Shown here one piece after another: positions 34,978 to 45,000 of a DNA stretch of 64,000 nucleotides; position 1 is the stretch's first letter; every line of letters begins with the position of its first letter. The DNA is from an uncultured Akkermansia sp. GTDB taxonomy: Bacteria > Verrucomicrobiota > Kiritimatiellia > RFP12 > JAAYNR01. The notes below the pieces were generated by a model. The model ran no database searches. It worked only from the letters and a program-made list of their open reading frames with translations, and was not told the DNA's origin. The position numbers were made by a program, and so were the translations under genes. The stretch lies in the NCBI GenBank assembly GCA_964506575.1, contig CAZDLY010000003.1, positions 41,240 to 105,239 of the forward strand, in the 5' to 3' direction.

Positions 34978-35120
34978 CCTTGTTATCAAGCACTTATCAA
35001 CAGTTGATAACAAGTTATTCATAACTATATAAACTATTGCATTGCAGATACTTAAGATGTTATAAATTTGTTCGTAACCTGTCAGTTCGCGGGTTGTTGA
35101 TAACGTGATGATAACTCGTT
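34978..35120. promoter_or_regulatory. AT-rich island (about 30% GC) with multiple TTATCAACA / GTTGATAA palindromic motifs; candidate operator cluster for the downstream XRE regulator, or a DnaA-box/DUE-like element
   Basis: cttgttatcaagcacTTATCAACAGTTGATAAcaagttattcataactatataaactattgcattgcagatacttaagatgttataaatttgttcgtaacc...ggTTGTTGATAAcgtgatgataactcg. There are two exact TTATCAACA motifs and two near-matches flanking an AT-rich stretch. Confidence 0.45.
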
Positions 35121-35318
35121 CTTGATTTGCAGGCCCGATATCGGCGATAGTGTGCGCAACCGGCGCCTCCCTGTTTCGTTGATTTACGCATTCTTGATGG
35201 AAGCGCGGGCGTCCCGCCCGCTTTGGGAAGCACGCGTAACTGCCAACGGTGTGGGCGGGACGCCCGCGCTCCCAGGAAAGCACCGAGACGGGGATGCGCC
35301 CGTGCACGCACGAAATCC

Positions 35319-35858
35319 ATGGAACGTTTATCTCCAGAACTGGCGGGGCGGCTGCGTGACGCGCGGCGTGTGAAGGGGCTGTCGCAGCATGCGCTGGCTC
35401 GTGAGGCCGGGTGCACGCAGTCGGCCGTGAGCATGATGGAGCTGGGGCGGCCGGATGCCGTGTCGCGCGAGACGTTGCGCAAAATCGGCGCGTTGCTGGA
35501 TGTCGAGGTGGGGGAGGCGGACGGCGCGCGGCCTGCGGGAGGGGAATGCCCGGCGGCGGGCGGGCGCGTCTGCTGTCCGCAGGCCGAGTGTCCCTCGAAC
35601 GTCCCGTTTGCGGTAGCCGGCTCGGTTGTTTTCCAGCCGCGGCCGCAGCCTGCGGGCCGCGCGGGGGTCTACTGCGGCTTTTGCGGCGAAGTGCTGCTGA
35701 CGGCCTGTCCTGTCTGCGCGCGGCCGCTGGGCGAAGGCGGCCATTGTCGCGAGTGCGGCGCGGCCTATGTGAATCCGCCCGCCGCTCCCGTCCTGACGCC
35801 CGCCGCCTGGGCCGCCGAACGGCGCAGGCAGATCGCCGAATGGCGCGCGTTGCTGTAA
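35319..35858 (+). CDS. XRE-family helix-turn-helix transcriptional regulator with a C-terminal Cys-rich (zinc-ribbon-like) region
   Basis: 179 aa from the ATG at 35319. HTH region LAGRLRDARRVKGLSQHALAREAGCTQSAVSMMELG, then CxxC..CP..C and CPVC..CREC clusters. Confidence 0.7.
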   Translation: MERLSPELAGRLRDARRVKGLSQHALAREAGCTQSAVSMMELGRPDAVSRETLRKIGALLDVEVGEADGARPAGGECPAAGGRVCCPQAECPSNVPFAVAGSVVFQPRPQPAGRAGVYCGFCGEVLLTACPVCARPLGEGGHCRECGAAYVNPPAAPVLTPAAWAAERRRQIAEWRALL

Positions 35859-35990
35859 GAGGCGCTTGCAAGAGAGGAGTCAGGAGTCAGAATACAGGAG
35901 TCAGAATAATCGAACACCCATTCTGAATACTGAATACTGGCTTCTGAATACTGCGCTTGCAAAACCGACGAAGGAGGTTTTGCAAGCGCC
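35859..35990. repeat. REP-like element: GGCGCTTGCAA, then heptamer repeats (GAGTCAG/AATACAG), their inverted complement (ATTCTGA/ATACTGA), then the GCGCTTGCAAAAC-12 nt-GTTTTGCAAGCGCC hairpin
   Basis: Sits exactly between the convergent XRE gene (stop 35858) and the 637-aa membrane protein gene (stop 35991) and is a probable bidirectional terminator. Confidence 0.7.
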
Positions 35991-37904
35991 TTATGGACCA
36001 CGCTGCCAGGTGAGGATGGACAGGTTGCCCTCTTCCGCCAGCTGGGCGAGGCGCGTCTGGAGGGCGGCATCGAGCGCTTCGTCGCGGTCCCAGACGATGA
36101 GGAGCGTCCGCTTTGAGACGGCGCCCGACTGGCGGCGCTCGCTCATGATAACGGCCATATCCTCGAGCATCGCGCGGCAGGGGGCGTCACCGCTGATGAC
36201 CGGAACGTAGCGGCCGAACCACGCGGCGTCGAAGGCGAACTCGCTGCCCGTCGGCAGCCTCGCCGCGCCATAGCGGAGGATCGGCACGCGCCACAGCGGA
36301 ATTTCGGCGAACGTGATTTTTCGCTCGCCGCGGCGGAGCAGGCGGACATAGCGGACCAGTTGCGGCGGCCAGGTGATCACTCCCTTGCCCAGCCACAGGC
36401 CCCCCGCGCCAAGCCCGCGCAGCCGCGCGCGGGTCCATCGGCCCAGGCGCGCCAGCGCGCGGGGCAGCCCGCGAAGCAGGACGGCTTCCCGGTCATCGAG
36501 CCACCGCGCGACGCGGGCCAGCCCCCGAGCCACGGCGCCCCGATGCTGCCACAGCCGCGGACCCAGACGCGCCAGCGCCAACGCCAGGGCCGCCGTTCCC
36601 ATCCAGAGGCTCCGTCCGGCGCCAGCCAGCCGCCGCGGGAGGGGCTGGCCGGCCGCCGCCCCTGCGGTTGCCCGGCTCAGACCGTCGTCCGGCCGCTTGG
36701 ACTGCCGCCCCAGGAACCGGGACAACTCGCCCAGTATCCGCTGCACATGATCATCCATCCGCTCCAGGAAGCGGGTTGTGACCTCCACACGCCGATGCCA
36801 CGACGGCGCGATCCGGCTCCACAGACCCGTCGCGAACCGGGCGCTCCGCGCGAGCCTCTCGCCCAGGGCCTGCCAGCGCCGCCGCAGATAAGCCCCGGCC
36901 TGGGGCCACACCGTGTCGGCATGGTCTCCGAACCACGGAATGAACAGGGAGAGCCGTGACACGGCGGACTTCGACGCCCAGAGCGGGCGCCGGCCGAAAT
37001 AGATCACGTTCTCGCCCTTGCGGATCGCGCGTCCGAGGAAGGCTTCGGGAGGCGCATACGGCTCGTCGCCCGGCCGCAGCGTCTGCGTGGGTCGCTTGGG
37101 CGAGAACGCATCGATCGACCCGCCCGACAGCGGCAGCGGCCACCACGTGTTCCACGGTGCGTTAAACGTCACGACGTAATTCCACAGGAGCGTCATCACT
37201 GCGGCGATCAACACCAGATTGATCAGCATCCGGGAGAGGCGATGGATCTGGCGGACGACGCGAAGCTGGGCCTCTTTCATGTAAACCACTTTTTTCTCGT
37301 GAGCCAGCCCCTCAGCCTCCGCGTCTGACCCCCCATTCTCGTCGAGCGACACCGGAGCGCCGGCGCCGTCCACCTGATTCGTCCCCCGGACCTTGGCCAC
37401 CTGATTCGTCCCCCGGACCTTGGCGCCCGGCTGGGTCGCGCCCGGAACGGTGCGGCTCTTTTTGCCTCTCTCGCGCCAGGTTGGCGTCGTCCCGGAATAG
37501 CCGCCCTGCACGAGATCCTCGGGAGTATCCTCCGCGAAGGTCACTCCGGCGGCGAGATCTTTCGTTTTTTTGGGGGTTGCGGCCGCCTCATCGCCGGTTT
37601 CGGCGTTCGGGGTCTGTTCCGCGGCGGCGGCCTCATCCGCCTTCTCTTCGGCTTCCAGCGCTTTCTCCGCCGCCATCTGTTTCCGCATCTCTTCGGCCCG
37701 GTCGAGTTTGATCCCCGAGAACCAGTAATCGTTCTTCAGTCCATAGAGCATCGAGGCGAGCAGCGCCAGCCCCACGGCGAGCAGGTAGACGCGCGGCCGC
37801 GAGGCCTGGCGCATCACCCGCACGAGGACATAGAGAGACCCCGCCCAGGCGATGAGCGCCAAGGCCCCCAGCAGACCCGTGTAGGGGAAGAGTTTGTCGA
37901 TCAT
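35991..37904 (-). CDS. Hypothetical membrane protein (637 aa)
   Basis: ATG at 37904 overlaps the upstream stop (ATGA). N-terminal TM helices, a central Lys/Ala/Glu-rich charged segment and a hydrophobic middle region. Last gene of cluster 2. Confidence 0.65.
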   Translation of the reverse strand: MIDKLFPYTGLLGALALIAWAGSLYVLVRVMRQASRPRVYLLAVGLALLASMLYGLKNDYWFSGIKLDRAEEMRKQMAAEKALEAEEKADEAAAAEQTPNAETGDEAAATPKKTKDLAAGVTFAEDTPEDLVQGGYSGTTPTWRERGKKSRTVPGATQPGAKVRGTNQVAKVRGTNQVDGAGAPVSLDENGGSDAEAEGLAHEKKVVYMKEAQLRVVRQIHRLSRMLINLVLIAAVMTLLWNYVVTFNAPWNTWWPLPLSGGSIDAFSPKRPTQTLRPGDEPYAPPEAFLGRAIRKGENVIYFGRRPLWASKSAVSRLSLFIPWFGDHADTVWPQAGAYLRRRWQALGERLARSARFATGLWSRIAPSWHRRVEVTTRFLERMDDHVQRILGELSRFLGRQSKRPDDGLSRATAGAAAGQPLPRRLAGAGRSLWMGTAALALALARLGPRLWQHRGAVARGLARVARWLDDREAVLLRGLPRALARLGRWTRARLRGLGAGGLWLGKGVITWPPQLVRYVRLLRRGERKITFAEIPLWRVPILRYGAARLPTGSEFAFDAAWFGRYVPVISGDAPCRAMLEDMAVIMSERRQSGAVSKRTLLIVWDRDEALDAALQTRLAQLAEEGNLSILTWQRGP

Positions 37905-39490
37905 TGTTTACGGAGCTTCCGCGTGAGTTCAAGGTAATTGGTGAACGAGTAATAGATGATGTTCACACCCATCTCCAGCGCGCCTTCGGCCTTCTGGGCG
38001 GAGAGGCCGCCGCGGTTGTTCTTCCAGGCGTCGTTGATATCGCCCGGATGGTAGAAGACCCCCCAGCGTCCCTTGTACTTGATGCCCAGGGCCCGCGTGC
38101 CGCCATGATGCCACAGAGGCGGGGCGCCGTTTCGGAACGCGAACGGAAGCTGGAAGATCACGTCATCGTCGGCGATATTCAGCAACGGCTCGCCGGGGAA
38201 GACCCGACGGATGAATCCCCGGAAATGCTGGTCCCATTGCGGACTCCCGCAATCGGCAAACAGCATGCCGCCGCCCTGGATGTACTCACGCAGGATTCTG
38301 ACATCCCGGTCCGAAACCCCGATGCCGCCATCCCCGGTCATGTAGACGAACGGCGGCGCAAACCCCTTGGGATAGCGGGCGAGCAGCGCGATGCTGTGGG
38401 CCTCGGTCTTGGTCGAGGTCTTGAACTGGGTCAGTTGACGGAAGTAGTCCAGGAAGTTCAGGTCTGCGCGCGTCGCGGTCTCCATCCCGTCATCCCAGCC
38501 GGAGCCGTCGTATTTTAACCGGATGAAGCGCACGAGACCCTCGTCCATGCCATCCGGCCAGCCGCCCGTGTTGCCGCCGCCCACACCCATCTTGCCCCCT
38601 TTTGAATGCACGCGGCTGGTATTGGTCTCGTAGGTCGAGCGGGACACTTTCTCGACCTCCTCCGAAACCGGGGAATCGTCCAGCTTCGGAAAGTTGAACG
38701 TGATCGGGGAGTATTTGTTGATGATCGGGCGTTTTTTGGGTTTCTTGACCTTGACCACCTGAATTTTTGTGGCAACGGCGAGATTCCCGCTCCCTTTCTT
38801 GATGCGGTAGGGGTTGACGCAACCGGGAACGAGCGTCAGAAGCCAGGGCAGGATGAAGATGATGAAAAAATGGAGGTGGCTGCTGGCCCACAGACTCTTG
38901 CGATAGCGCGGGTCGCCGCCGTGGGTTCGGATATTTTCGAGAAACCGGTCTCCCGTGGCCGGCTCGGTCTCGTCATTGCCGAGCCACTGGCGGATCGCCG
39001 CGCGCCGCCACGCGAGGAGGTACAGAGCGGCGATCACCGCGCTCGCGAGCAGGACCGGCCAGAGGAGCTCCCACCGCCACATGAACACGTCATACGCGGC
39101 GGCCTTCTTCCCGTCCAGGCTCAGCCCCTTCTTCATGATGACGCCGGTCGCCTGATGCGCGACCACCCCGCACATCAGCGCCAGGGCGTAGAAGAGCAGA
39201 CAGGCCTTGCGGTAGAGGCTGAGCGTGATCCGGTTCCGGAGGAAGACGCTGATGCCCGCCGTGGCCAGCAGCAGGGTCGCGGTCAGGCACGCGACCAGCG
39301 AGGTGAACAGGATCAGGCGGTCCACGCCCTCATAACCCAACATCTCCGCGACATCGGCATGGCGGAGGCTCCACAGAAAATAGCGATCCGGCAACTCCAG
39401 CGAAAAAGTCCCGCACACCCACGCTGCCAGACTCATCAAGAGACACAGCAGCGGCGGCCAGGTGAACAACTTATGTCGTCTGTTGGGCAT
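37901..39490 (-). CDS. DUF4159 domain-containing membrane protein
   Basis: 529 aa with a multi-TM N-terminal half and a C-terminal domain (RFIRLKYDGSGWDDG...MLFADCGSPQWDQHFRGFI...VNIIYYSFTNY) that matches my recollection of the DUF4159 family, which is common in PVC bacteria and Bacteroidetes. Confidence 0.75.
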   Translation of the reverse strand: MPNRRHKLFTWPPLLCLLMSLAAWVCGTFSLELPDRYFLWSLRHADVAEMLGYEGVDRLILFTSLVACLTATLLLATAGISVFLRNRITLSLYRKACLLFYALALMCGVVAHQATGVIMKKGLSLDGKKAAAYDVFMWRWELLWPVLLASAVIAALYLLAWRRAAIRQWLGNDETEPATGDRFLENIRTHGGDPRYRKSLWASSHLHFFIIFILPWLLTLVPGCVNPYRIKKGSGNLAVATKIQVVKVKKPKKRPIINKYSPITFNFPKLDDSPVSEEVEKVSRSTYETNTSRVHSKGGKMGVGGGNTGGWPDGMDEGLVRFIRLKYDGSGWDDGMETATRADLNFLDYFRQLTQFKTSTKTEAHSIALLARYPKGFAPPFVYMTGDGGIGVSDRDVRILREYIQGGGMLFADCGSPQWDQHFRGFIRRVFPGEPLLNIADDDVIFQLPFAFRNGAPPLWHHGGTRALGIKYKGRWGVFYHPGDINDAWKNNRGGLSAQKAEGALEMGVNIIYYSFTNYLELTRKLRKQ

Positions 39491-39540
39491 GTGGTATCAG
39501 CGTCCGTCGTTCGGAAACCATGCGGGTGGGGCGGGGTGCT

Positions 39541-40029
39541 TCACTTGCCGCCGAGATTGGGTTCGTCCAAAACCGTGCTCAGCTCGCTGCCCATCGTGGG
39601 CATATCCTCGGGGGCGGCGACGTCGGTCATCCGCCTGGCCACGGCCGAGTTGGTGGCGCCCGCGGGAAAACCCTCCAGATAGCGCGACTGGGCCGTGTTC
39701 GTGTTGGCGGGGGGTGCATTGGTGGTGGTGGCCGCGGCCGGCACGGTGTTGGTGGCGCCGGCCACGCCATTCGTGCCGATCACCGCCGCGGCGGCCGCGG
39801 CAGCCTGCGCCTTGGCCTGGCGCTTCTTTTCGGCCTCTGCCGCAGCCTTGCGCTCCACCGCCCCCTCCGGGTCGACATAGGTGTCGCGGATGTACGTGAG
39901 CGATGTCATGCCGACGACCACCACGTGGATGGCGATGGCGACAATCGTCCAGAAGGCGATGCGCTTGCCCGCGAAGTTGGAAAGCAGGCGGTCCAGGTTC
40001 TGCGTCGATTGCTCGGTTGTCTCATTCAT
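39541..40029 (-). CDS. TolA/TonB-like membrane anchor protein (short cytoplasmic N-term, one TM helix containing a His, Ala/Lys/Glu-rich periplasmic segment)
   Basis: 162 aa from the ATG at 40029 (AAGGAGAA RBS). The ORF track's GTG start at 40071 is less likely. TM helix FWTIVAIAIHVVVVGMTSL, then AAEAEKKRQAKAQAAAAAAA and a T/N/P-rich tail. It directly follows exbD-exbD. Confidence 0.55.
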   Translation of the reverse strand: MNETTEQSTQNLDRLLSNFAGKRIAFWTIVAIAIHVVVVGMTSLTYIRDTYVDPEGAVERKAAAEAEKKRQAKAQAAAAAAAVIGTNGVAGATNTVPAAATTTNAPPANTNTAQSRYLEGFPAGATNSAVARRMTDVAAPEDMPTMGSELSTVLDEPNLGGK

Positions 40030-40067
40030 GGCGGTCCTATTCTCCTTGTCCCGGTCAGTGATCCCTG

Positions 40068-40484
40068 TCACTCGTTCTTGCGTTTCTCGCCGATGGCTAC
40101 GATGACGCCCCCGGCGCTGGCGATGGCATCGAGCACCGGCTCGAAGACCCGTTTTGAGGCGAAGCGGTCACACTTGAACAGCACCATCCGCGCTTTCGGC
40201 GTGGTCTTGTTCTCGAGCGCCTTCTCGATCAGCAGCTTGACGGTCTGCACGTCATTGACCAGCTCCCCGTCCAGGAAGATGGCGCCCGCCTCATCGATCA
40301 CCACCGAGATTTTGGCATTCTCCACGGCCTTGAGGTCCACCGCATCGGCGGGCTTGTATTTGATCTTGCCCTCCTGGGCGAAGTTGCTGCACACCATGAA
40401 GAAGATGTTCAGCAGAAAGGCGATGTCGCCCATGCTGGTGGTCGGCACCGAGATGCCCATCTTCTTTCTGCGGCGCAGTTTCAC
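40068..40484 (-). CDS. exbD: Biopolymer transport protein ExbD/TolR
   Basis: 138 aa with an ExbD-like N-terminal TM (GDIAFLLNIFFMV) and periplasmic domain. GTG start 2 nt after the upstream stop; an alternative ATG lies at 40460. Confidence 0.8.
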   Translation of the reverse strand: MKLRRRKKMGISVPTTSMGDIAFLLNIFFMVCSNFAQEGKIKYKPADAVDLKAVENAKISVVIDEAGAIFLDGELVNDVQTVKLLIEKALENKTTPKARMVLFKCDRFASKRVFEPVLDAIASAGGVIVAIGEKRKNE

Positions 40485-40486
40485 GG

Positions 40487-40897
40487 CTATTTCGTCTCCG
40501 TCATGATGCCGACCACGCCGCCGGCTGCGGAAATGGCCGCCATGACCTCGTAATAGTTCTGATAATCGGTCTCCGGCGTGGCGTCCATCAAGATGACCTT
40601 GGCCGCATCCTTCCGGTCGGCCAGTTTCATTTCGGCCAGCTTGGCCTTGAACGCCTCCATCGAGACATCCGCTTCCAGGAACTTGATCTGGTTCGCCTTC
40701 AGCGTGACCGTCGGCGTCTTCTCCTCGGTTTTCTTCTCTTCTTCCTTGCTGGCGGGCAGCTCGGTCTCGAACCCGACGATGTTCTTGAGCGATGTCGTGA
40801 TGATAAAGAAGATGATGAGCAGGAAGGCGATGTCCGAGAACGAATCGGTCGGAACACCGCCGTCCGGCCGCCGCTTGATGAATGGCTTGAACGACAT
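40487..40897 (-). CDS. exbD: Biopolymer transport protein ExbD/TolR
   Basis: 136 aa with the SDIAFLLIIFFIIT TM motif and a GAGAGGGGAGGG RBS. Confidence 0.85.
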   Translation of the reverse strand: MSFKPFIKRRPDGGVPTDSFSDIAFLLIIFFIITTSLKNIVGFETELPASKEEEKKTEEKTPTVTLKANQIKFLEADVSMEAFKAKLAEMKLADRKDAAKVILMDATPETDYQNYYEVMAAISAAGGVVGIMTETK

Positions 40898-40917
40898 CGC
40901 GCCCTCCCCTCTCCGGC

Positions 40918-41577
40918 CTACGCCTTGGCCGGCGCCACGTGGTGCGTCAGGGAGACATGATCGAGAATCTCGGAACCGGCCTCAGCGGCCTCGATCTCGA
41001 TGGACTCCGAGCACCCCATGAAATAATGGTGCGGGATCACGGCCATCATGGCGATCAGCAGGCCGGCGGCCGTGGTGATGAGCGCCTCCGAAATACCGGA
41101 GGCCACGATCGCGGCGTCGACGTCGCCCGCGGCGGCGATGGCGCCGAACGACCGGATCATGCCGGTCACGGTGCCGGTCATCCCGAAGAGCGGCGCCGAC
41201 GTGCCGATGAACGAGAGGATGTTCATCCGTTTCTCGACGATGTTCATGGCCATCCGGGCGTAATCGGCCATCGCGTCCTGCATGATGGCGCGGAGCGTCT
41301 CGCCGTTGGAGGTGACCACCCGGTGCCGGATGTAGGATTGCAGCCCCGCGGCCATCACGGCCGACACCGGGCCCGGCGTCGTGAGGCAGATGGCCAGCGC
41401 GTCGGCATACTTGCCCGCGATCATCTGGTTCTGCACCTTGGCCCGGAGCGTCCGGACGTCCACGCGGCTGTTGGCGCGGAAGGCCATCCACCGATCCAGC
41501 GCCACGGCAACCGCCAGGACGCTTTCGGCCATCAGGATAATCATCAGGGGTCCGCCATCAATCAGTGTCTTTAACAT
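40918..41577 (-). CDS. exbB: MotA/TolQ/ExbB proton-channel family protein
   Basis: 219 aa with 3 TM helices and a conserved C-terminal core (FGMTGTVTGMIRSFGAIAAAG...EALITTAAGLLIAMMAVIPHHYF). AAGAGGA RBS. Confidence 0.9.
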   Translation of the reverse strand: MLKTLIDGGPLMIILMAESVLAVAVALDRWMAFRANSRVDVRTLRAKVQNQMIAGKYADALAICLTTPGPVSAVMAAGLQSYIRHRVVTSNGETLRAIMQDAMADYARMAMNIVEKRMNILSFIGTSAPLFGMTGTVTGMIRSFGAIAAAGDVDAAIVASGISEALITTAAGLLIAMMAVIPHHYFMGCSESIEIEAAEAGSEILDHVSLTHHVAPAKA

Positions 41578-41580
41578 AAC

Positions 41581-41991
41581 CTATCCTCTTCTCATTTGCG
41601 CCAGCGCCTGCGCCGCCTCCACAGGCGGCACGGCGACGGTCTGCACCGGCAATTCGGCCGGCACGAAAACCAGTTCCCCGGTTACGGTGTTATACTGCGT
41701 CTTCCTCAGTTCCGCCAGCGGGATCCGGCGGCAGAGCGGCCGGGGGCCCTGGGCCAGGATCACCAGGGCCGTCGGGGTGAACGCCAGCCAGATGCGCCCC
41801 TTGCCGAACCAACTGCCGGTGTCTATGGCGGTGGCGGTCCGGACAACCGCCAGCACCGCCTCCCCGCCGAGGTGGCGGAGGAGCAGCTCGAGCCGCCCCG
41901 GACCGAGGGCGCGCAACTCCGCGCCGGCGGGGTCCAGCGGCTGTGCGGCTGCGGGCGGCAGCGCGTCCGGTATGCGGCGGTTCGCTCTCAT
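41581..41991 (-). CDS. Hypothetical small protein (136 aa) between the giant gene and exbB
   Basis: ATG at 41991, 15 nt after the giant-protein stop and 3 nt before the exbB start. No recognised domain. Confidence 0.5.
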   Translation of the reverse strand: MRANRRIPDALPPAAAQPLDPAGAELRALGPGRLELLLRHLGGEAVLAVVRTATAIDTGSWFGKGRIWLAFTPTALVILAQGPRPLCRRIPLAELRKTQYNTVTGELVFVPAELPVQTVAVPPVEAAQALAQMRRG

Positions 41992-42006
41992 GGTCGTTGC
42001 GCGTTC

Positions 42007-45000
42007 CTATTCCATTTGCTTGAAAGCCCCGTCCGTCAGGCGGCCGCGGGCATAGCGGGCCCACTTGGATTCGGGATAGTCCCAGGTGCAGAGCCTGAAC
42101 ATGCGGTAGGCGCCGACCGGATTCATCGCCTGCATATAGGCGTCGCCGCACCAGTACATGGACTGCGCGATCAGGTCGGGCGCGCCCTTCTTTTCCGCGA
42201 TCACCGCCTCATAGGTGGTGATCGCCTTGTCGAACTCCTTGGCCCGGAGCCAGTTCTCGGCCGACAGCACCTTGGTGCTGGCCGCGAGCCTGTGATCGGG
42301 GAACCGCACCGACAACCGGCCGAACACCTGCGCCGCCGTACGGAAGAATTCCCGGGCCTGCAGCTTGCGCTTTCCAGCCGCAACGAGATCCGTCTCCTGG
42401 GCCGCCTCCGTCTCGAGGAGCCGGCCCTTGTTAAAGAAGAAGAGGCCGAGCCGGGAGATGGTCTCCGCGATCAGCTCGTGGTTGGGGTAGCGGTACGAGA
42501 GCTTGACGTACTCGTCGCAGGCCGTGTCGATCTCCCCCATCCGCTCGTAGACCAGCGCCTTCTTGAACTGCGCTTTCGGGGCGTACGCGCTGTCGGGGTA
42601 GCCGCTGATCACGTCGGCGAAGCGGTTGGCCGCATCCCGATAGAGCTGGTTGCGCTTCTCGGGTTGCGTGGTCTGCTCGCCCTCCTCGAACGCGAGGTTG
42701 GCCAGCAGGTAGTCGGCCTGGACGCGGAACTCGTTCTTCGGGAAGTCCCGAATCGCCTCCTCCAGCAGCTTCTTGCCTTGCGCGATCGTCCGGCGGGCGA
42801 CCTCATCCTCTTTGAGCCCGCGATATTTCTTGGCCATCTCGAAGTAGGACTCGGCCATCGTGAACTGGGTCTGGACCGCGATTTCGGCATCGTTGAAGCG
42901 CTTGCTGAACGGCGTGACGGTGGCATCGGCGCCCTTGAACACCGAGAGTGCGCGATCCAGCGTGCGCCCGTCCTGGGCCGTGTACCGGAGCACGACCGTG
43001 GCGCCGTAGGGAACGGCGATCTGGTCGGCCAGCCGCGTTTCGTTCGTCATGCCCTCGTAGACGAGCTGGAGGTTGCCCTTGAACACCCCGGAGTTCTCGA
43101 ACGTCTCGATCAGCGGAACCGTCTTGGCGGTCTGCGCGGCGCCATTGACGACAACCGACAGGGAGACCGTGTCCTTCTCCATCGTGAGATTGGACATCAG
43201 ATCGACGACGCGCAGATACAGCCGGTCCCCCACATAAAGCGCCGAGAGCGGCTCCCTGTACCGCTGGTCCATGACGTCAAAGATCGGATCGCCGAACAGG
43301 CTGACATCCCACACCTCCCACTTCGGCTCGGCCTCGGCAGGCGAGCTGTTCATCGCCACGCGCAGCCGGTCGCTGGGCCGCACCCGCAGCGTGGGCCACG
43401 GGAACGTGCGATTGATCGACGCCGACTGGCCATCCTCCGTGAGGCAGGCGACGTCAAACACGCCCATCTCCACGCCTTCTTCCTCCTTCTCCTGATACGT
43501 CGGCATCTTCATCTGCTCGAGCGAGCCGGGCGCGGTCGCGATGCTGAACACGTAGCGGCCGTCGTCCGCCACCGAGCCGGCGAACTTGTCGCCGACGAGC
43601 GTGGTCGAACCGTACGTCACCGGCATTTCGCCGGCGGCGCCGCCGCCCCGCAGCGCCCGGTAACGGATCGTTCCGGGCAGTTTCGGGTCGAAAGGCGCGC
43701 CATTGGTGACCACGGGCTTCATGCCCGCCGGCAGGATCTGAACGAATATCTCGGCCTCGCTGAGCGCGGAGAACGCGAGGGAGGGGTTGAGCAGCTCGGC
43801 CACCAAGAATCCGCCGTACGGAATTTTCACCGGCCCCTTCGGAACCGCGCTTTCCGGGCGCACGCCCGTCAGCGCGTATGCAGGCGCAATCGCCTCGAGG
43901 CTTTCGGCCGTCTTCTTGGACGCCGGGGCGCTCACGGCCACCGCCCGCCCGTCCGCGTTCAGGGGCCTCGACGTGAAATCATACACGCGCAACTGGGACT
44001 TCATCGGGCCCAGTGGCGGCTCGAGCTGCACCACCCGGTCCCAGGGCACGCCGAAATCGACGTTTTCCTTGTCGCGGTAGGTGATCACGAGATCGTCTTC
44101 CTGGGTCACGGTGATTTCCGCCGGCCGCTTGGCCTCGCCCAGGATCGGGAAGAACCGGCTGACGAACAAGCCGCTGGCCGGCTTGTTCTCCAGCATCACC
44201 AGGTCGGTCTTGCTGCCCGTGACCGTCGCGCGCACATGCACGGGGACCTTGTCCGGATTCGCGGTCTCGTCGGCGTCGGGGTCGTTGACCACGATGGCCA
44301 TCGGTTCGTCCGGCCGGAACCGGTTGTTCGGCAGCAACAACGCCCGGCGCTCGCCCGCCGGCGTCACATCGCTTTCGATCAGATAGGCCTTGAGCGACGC
44401 ATTGTAGAAGGTGGTGGACAGAAACGCCTCCAGTGTCTTGCGCGCCGGCGTGATCACGGTCCGGTCTTCGTAGGTGATCGTGATCTTGTCGCCCGGGACG
44501 ATCTCGAGGATATCGTTGCCGCGCATGGTGATGAGATCCTCCTTGGCGGGGAGGACCTGCTTGCCGGCCGCGTCGGTCAGCGCGATCTTCCGGATTTCAG
44601 GGGCGCCGGACTCGAAATCAAAGATCTTGAGACGCAGCACCCGGCCGCGGGTTTCGGGGGCGAACGCGACATCAAACACGGTCCCGTCCGGGTTGGCCTT
44701 GATTTCCGTGGGCTTGAACCCGGGCGGCGCCTGGTGCTCCGGCCACCCGGCGGGGGTGAAGACCGCCTCCGGCACGGGCGCGGTATAGGGGGCCGTCTCA
44801 ACGTCCCAGAGGAGCTGATAGCCCCCCTCCGCGCCGCTGGGAATCACCGCATACAGGTCGAGCGTGTGGTACCCGCGGGTCAGCGTGACGGTGTTGTTAC
44901 GGTCATTGCTGCCGGGGGGCGCCCCCTGTTGCGCGGCCCCCAGGGCTCCGTCAATGGCGAGGTAATAGGTCGGTTCGACCCGCTTCGCCGGATCCGACTT

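Noticed and set aside
28400-35990. Repeat-rich regions as a possible CRISPR array
   Set aside because: The repeats are 6-7-mers arranged as inverted arms, not 25-40-nt direct repeats with unique spacers, and no cas genes are present.
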